Shown here: in pieces, positions 59,860-64,000 of the stretch
How the letters are laid out: every line of letters begins with the position of its first letter
Position numbering within the stretch: position 1 is the stretch's first letter
Source of the DNA: Felis catus
Lineage: Eukaryota
Reading direction: 5' to 3'
Assembly (NCBI RefSeq): GCF_018350175.1
Contig: NC_058368.1
Span: 171,866,001 to 171,930,000, forward strand
Length of the DNA: 64,000 nucleotides
The notes under the pieces: generated by a model
Database searches by the model: none
What the model was told of the DNA's origin: nothing
What the model saw: the letters and a program-made list of their open reading frames with translations, nothing else
Translations under genes and position numbers: made by a program

Positions 59860-60935
59860 TGACAAACTTCTTAAATTTTCATAATTTAAAATTTTTATCC
59901 TTTGTTAATGCCTCTCCAATCATTATTCTTTCAAAAAAATTTACTGTGCTAATTAGTAAGTAGGACTTCAAGAATTGTGTTGAATGAAAGTGGTAATAAT
60001 AGACATCTTTATCTTATTCTTCATTTTAAAAAGAATGCCCCTAACATTTCACTGTTAAAAATGTTTAGCTTTTGCCAGCTTCCATTATGTTTCCAGTTTA
60101 TTAAGAGTTTTTTTTCTTGCATAGCTAATGACTTTTATCAAATGATTTTTGTCTATTGAGATGATCATATGATTTTTCTTATATAATATTTTAATGTCGG
60201 GGCGCCTGGGTGGCGCAGTCGTCTGACTTCAGCCAGGTCACGATCCTGCGGTCTGTGAGTTCAAGCCCCGCATCAGGCTCTGGGCTGATGGCTCGGAGCC
60301 TGGAGCCTGTTTCCGATTCTGTGTCTCCCTCTCTCTCTGCCCCTCCCCCGTTCATGCTCTGTCTCTCTCTGTCCCAAAAAAATAAATAAAAAACGTTGAA
60401 AAAAAAATATTTTAATGTAGTGAATGACACATAAATGATATAATGTTAAAGTATCCTTTGATTCATAGGATAACCCAGCCTGATTCTGCTATAGTTTCTT
60501 TACTGTATACTAATACATCCTGCTTCCTGATACTTTGTTCAGGATTTTTGTATTAATATTCATGATAATATTAGCCATAATTATTTTTCCACTACCTTTG
60601 ACTTTTATATCATAATTGTATTGGCCTGATAGAATGCATGTTAACTATTATTTCTATTCCTGGGAAAGTTTTATAAAGTTGGAATGATTTGTTTCTTAAA
60701 TGTTTGGTAGAAAGTGTATGTAAAACTGTTTGGATCTGGTGTTTTTTTGTGTTGGGAAGAGAAGGGAGAAAATATTTACTGCTCCAATTTTTCAATAGTT
60801 ATAGAACTATTAAGGTTTTCTATTTCTTCTTAAATCAGCAACCCCCTTCCAAATTTTGTTCATATTCTGTATTTGGTCTCTTCTCTCTGTCTAATCATAT
60901 TTAGCCTTTTCAGAGAACCAACTTTTTGCTTTAAT
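59860..60935 (-). mobile_element. Ancient L1 ORF2 remnant
   Basis: GTGGTAATAATAGACATCTTTATCTT, TCTATTGAGATGATCATATG, TTAAATGTTTGGTAGAA antisense motifs. Confidence 0.65.
60199..60408 (+). mobile_element. Young-type felid CanSINE
   Basis: CpG-rich body; AATATTT(T)AATGT repeats flank. Confidence 0.95.
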
Positions 60936-61224
60936 CTTCAAACTCTACTAAAAGGTATCAAAGAAGGCTTCTCAGCAGACCTCAGACCTTTTTTTTTCTA
61001 GAGACAATGACTATATTTTTGTATATCCTTTCGGTGACATTTTTTATGCTTCACAGTCCTTTTAATATAACAGGATGGACCATATGAGATGCAATGACCT
61101 GCACTCTTTTGGGGTTTTTGGGGGGGGGGGTTGCCTTTTTTTTCTTAACATCAACTTCATTCTTTTTAATGCCAGTGTAGTATTCCACTGCACAGTTGTA
61201 TCCTATTTATTTAAAAGTAGTTAT

Positions 61225-61447
61225 GGGGGTGCCTGGGTGGCGCAGTCAGTTAAGCGTCCGACTTCAGCCAGGTCACGATCTCGCGGTCCGTGAGTTCGAG
61301 CCCCTCGTCAGGCTCTGGGCTGATGGCTCAGAGCCTGGAGCCTGTTTCCGATTCTGTGTCTCCCTCTGTCTGCCCCTCCCCCGTTCATGCTTTGTCTCTC
61401 TCTGTCCCAAAAATAAATAAACGTTGAAAAATAAATAAATAAATAAT
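61225..61447 (+). mobile_element. Young-type felid CanSINE
   Basis: TSD AAA(A/C)GTAGTTATG. Confidence 0.95.
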
Positions 61448-61598
61448 AAACGTAGTTATGCTTTTATACCAAATAAAAACTCCCACTTGCTTGAAGTAAC
61501 ATACCTGATCTTTTACTCCTACTCTACAGACATCATCAGAGAACTCCAAAAGAGGGTGTATTCCATTTAAATATCTTTAATTAAAAAACAAAACTGTT

Positions 61599-61820
61599 GG
61601 GGCGCCTGGGTGGCTCAGTCGGTTAAGCGGCTGACTTAGGCTCGGGTCATTATCTCGCGGTCCGTGAGTTTGAGCCCCGCGTCGGGCTCTGTGCTGACAG
61701 CTCAGAGCCTGGAGCCTGTTTCGGATTCTGTGTTTCCCTCTCTCTGACCCTCCCCCGTTCATGCTCTGTCTCTCTCTGTCTCAAAAATAAATAAAAAGTT
61801 AAAAAAAAATTAAAAAAAAA
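61599..61820 (+). mobile_element. CanSINE
   Basis: TSD AAAACTGTT. Confidence 0.95.
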
Positions 61821-62043
61821 AAAACTGTTTCCATAATTTAAGTGCAATATAATGTTCTTAAACATTTAAATCTCTGTTCCTTCTCTGATTTATATTAGTG
61901 TGTAATGTGAGTAGTAGATGCGATTTTATCTATTTTCTTATGGCTGTCCTTTTGCCCAGGGCCCATATTTAAAGCCCAACTTTTCACATGTATTTGAAAT
62001 GCTACCTTCATTATGACTAAATTTACATGTATTTACTTATGGA

Positions 62044-62045
<2 letters not shown>

Positions 62046-62087
<42 letters not shown>
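62046..62087. repeat. (TG)21 microsatellite
   Basis: Direct read. Confidence 0.98.
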
Positions 62088-62089
<2 letters not shown>

Positions 62090-62144
62090 CCCATGGTTGA
62101 CCTATTCAAATGATGATATCCTAAGTTTTAAAAACTTTTTTAAA

Positions 62145-62200
62145 AACTTTTTAAAATAAGGTTATTTATTTTTGAGAGAGAGCACGAGCTGGGGAGAGGC

Positions 62201-62232
<32 letters not shown>

Positions 62233-62369
62233 GGAGACACAGAATCTGAAGCAGGCAGGCTCTGAGCTGTCAGCATGGACCCTGACACAGGGCTTGAACC
62301 CCCAACCTGTGAGACCATGACCTGAGCCAAAGTCGGGCGCCCAACCAACTGAGCCACCCAGGCACCCCC
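62145..62369 (-). mobile_element. CanSINE
   Basis: Antisense body ending CAGGCACCCCC. Confidence 0.94.
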
Positions 62370-62384
62370 AAAAATGACTTTGGA

Positions 62385-63460
62385 CTTAAAAAAGAGTTGG
62401 AAAAATAGTATAGTAATTTCCTGTATACCCTTCACTCAACTTCCCAGCTTCCCATAATGTTAACATCTTACATATTCACAGTACAAGTATCAGGACTAAA
62501 AAATGAACGTATTGGTACAATGTAGTTAACTATATACTTTTTTTATTTATAAAGGCTTTGTACAATATTTTAATATGTGGTAGTTCTAGTCCTTCTCTTT
62601 TCATATTTTCCCTTTTTTGCTTATTTTTCCAAATGTCTAGCTACAGAAAACAAAATGAAAACAAACCTTATGTAGCATTTTTACTGGGACTGTATAAGAT
62701 TTATAAATTAAGTTGGGGAAAATGACATCTTCATGATACTGAATCTTTATGTACATGAACAAGGTGTGTTTATATTTCCTCATATATGTTTTGGACTCTT
62801 TGTTTAGTTTATGCCTAAGTATTTTATACTCCTAAAAATTAGAAATAGGGACCTTTCCTTCCATTTCATCTTCTCTCTGATTTCTCTTTGCACATAAAAA
62901 GGAAAGATTTCTGTATGTTTTGGACTATGCTAAATACCTCAGTTACCTTATAGTAATATTTAGTTGATTCTTTGGGATATTCTAGGTATATAATTATTTC
63001 ATCTGCCAATTTTATTCCTTTTAACTTCATTACTCTAGTGCAGTGAGTAACATAGGGGTAAAAATGGGCTTCCCTGACTTTGGAAATAGATCCACTGTTT
63101 TCACATTAAATACGGTGCTGGCTTTGGGGCTGATGTCATGTTAAAGAAGAGTCCTTTTACATTGAGTATTCTCAACCAAGAACGGGCATTGTATTTGTAG
63201 AACATCTTTTCATCACCTTTGCCAGGATCATATTTTGTTTTCTGTGTAGATCTATTAGTATGTTGAATGATGTCGATTTTCTAATAGTGATTTTTATTAT
63301 AAATTTTAGATTTTCTTTCTCTTTGCTGTTAGTTTTGATTGATTACATTTTCTAGAAAATTACCTATTTAAGTTTTCAAGTTTATTTGCATACAGTTGAG
63401 CAAAGTAGTCTTTTAGGATTCTTTTGCTTTGTTCTCTTTCTGTTAGTATTTTCCTCTTAT
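62385..63460 (-). mobile_element. Ancient L1 remnants (3' end fragment plus degraded ORF2)
   Basis: CCTGTATACCCTTCAC...AATGTTAACATCTTACAT; AAATGACATCTTCATGATACTGAATCTT; TGATTCTTTGGGATATTCTAGGTATA. Confidence 0.6.
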
Positions 63461-64000
63461 TACCACCTAAAAGTGCTAGCAAATACATATTTTTTAATAC
63501 ATCAAAACAAAACAATAAAAACAGTTTCACTGATTTAAAAAAAAAAATGATCCCAGACTTCTTACATTAGTAATAATGATAACTCCAAATTTAATTCTAA
63601 TTGAATATCTTACCAGCCTACAACTTTTCTTCCTCCTTGCGTTAATTTCTTTGGATACTTCTAAGTTTGTTTTTCAGTGAACATTTGGATAAAAGTCTGA
63701 ATAACGGTCCCGTTGCTTTCTTTTCTCTTAACCTTTCTCTTATGGGGTGAGGATCTCTCTAATGGCATCTTGACTACAGAAAAACAAATTGGGATATTTG
63801 CATACTTTCATTAAAGTGAAAGATTCTGAGGTTTTATTAATTTCATGAGCTAAATTTTCAGTTTTTTAATGTTGTTGAGTGACTTGCAATTAAGATCTGT
63901 TTGGCATATAATTCTAATGATTGTATAAAAGGTGTTCTAAAGTAAATTTATGATTTCTCAAATTTTGCATCAAGCAGTTTTAACTTAGGGAAGAATGGTT

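Noticed and set aside
66..62369. Recurrent tRNA-like A/B-box heads and recurring peptides such as [14 protein letters not shown]...
   Set aside because: tRNA-derived CanSINE heads, not tRNA genes, a protein family or a CRISPR-like array; spacing is irregular and most copies have TSDs.

Overview
AT-rich mammalian genomic DNA, almost certainly felid (cat-type tRNA-derived CanSINEs, carnivore/felid LINE-1 3' ends). No intact protein-coding gene, RNA gene or CRISPR array is supported. The window is dominated by retroelements: about 40 CanSINEs, two full-length but decayed L1s with TSDs (8419-15559 minus; 26579-33216 plus), several truncated or nested L1s, and older L2, MIR, MLT1 and hAT MITE remnants. 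Most listed ORFs are L1 fragments or SINE-derived noise. The one clearly non-repetitive, functional-looking locus is a small CpG-island promoter at about 48595-49030 (GC box, inverted CCAAT boxes, TCACGTGA E-box, then a GG|GTAAGT donor), followed by about 3 kb of repeat-poor sequence. I could not identify its gene; the window is most simply read as a large intron or upstream region. I found no convincing new biological system. The best observations are mechanistic footprints: an L1 3' transduction nested in another L1, a SINE-mediated tandem duplication, a SINE-associated deletion, and atypical SINE/L1 junctions. Repeat family names come from my recognition of motifs, not a database search, and boundaries of old repeats are approximate.
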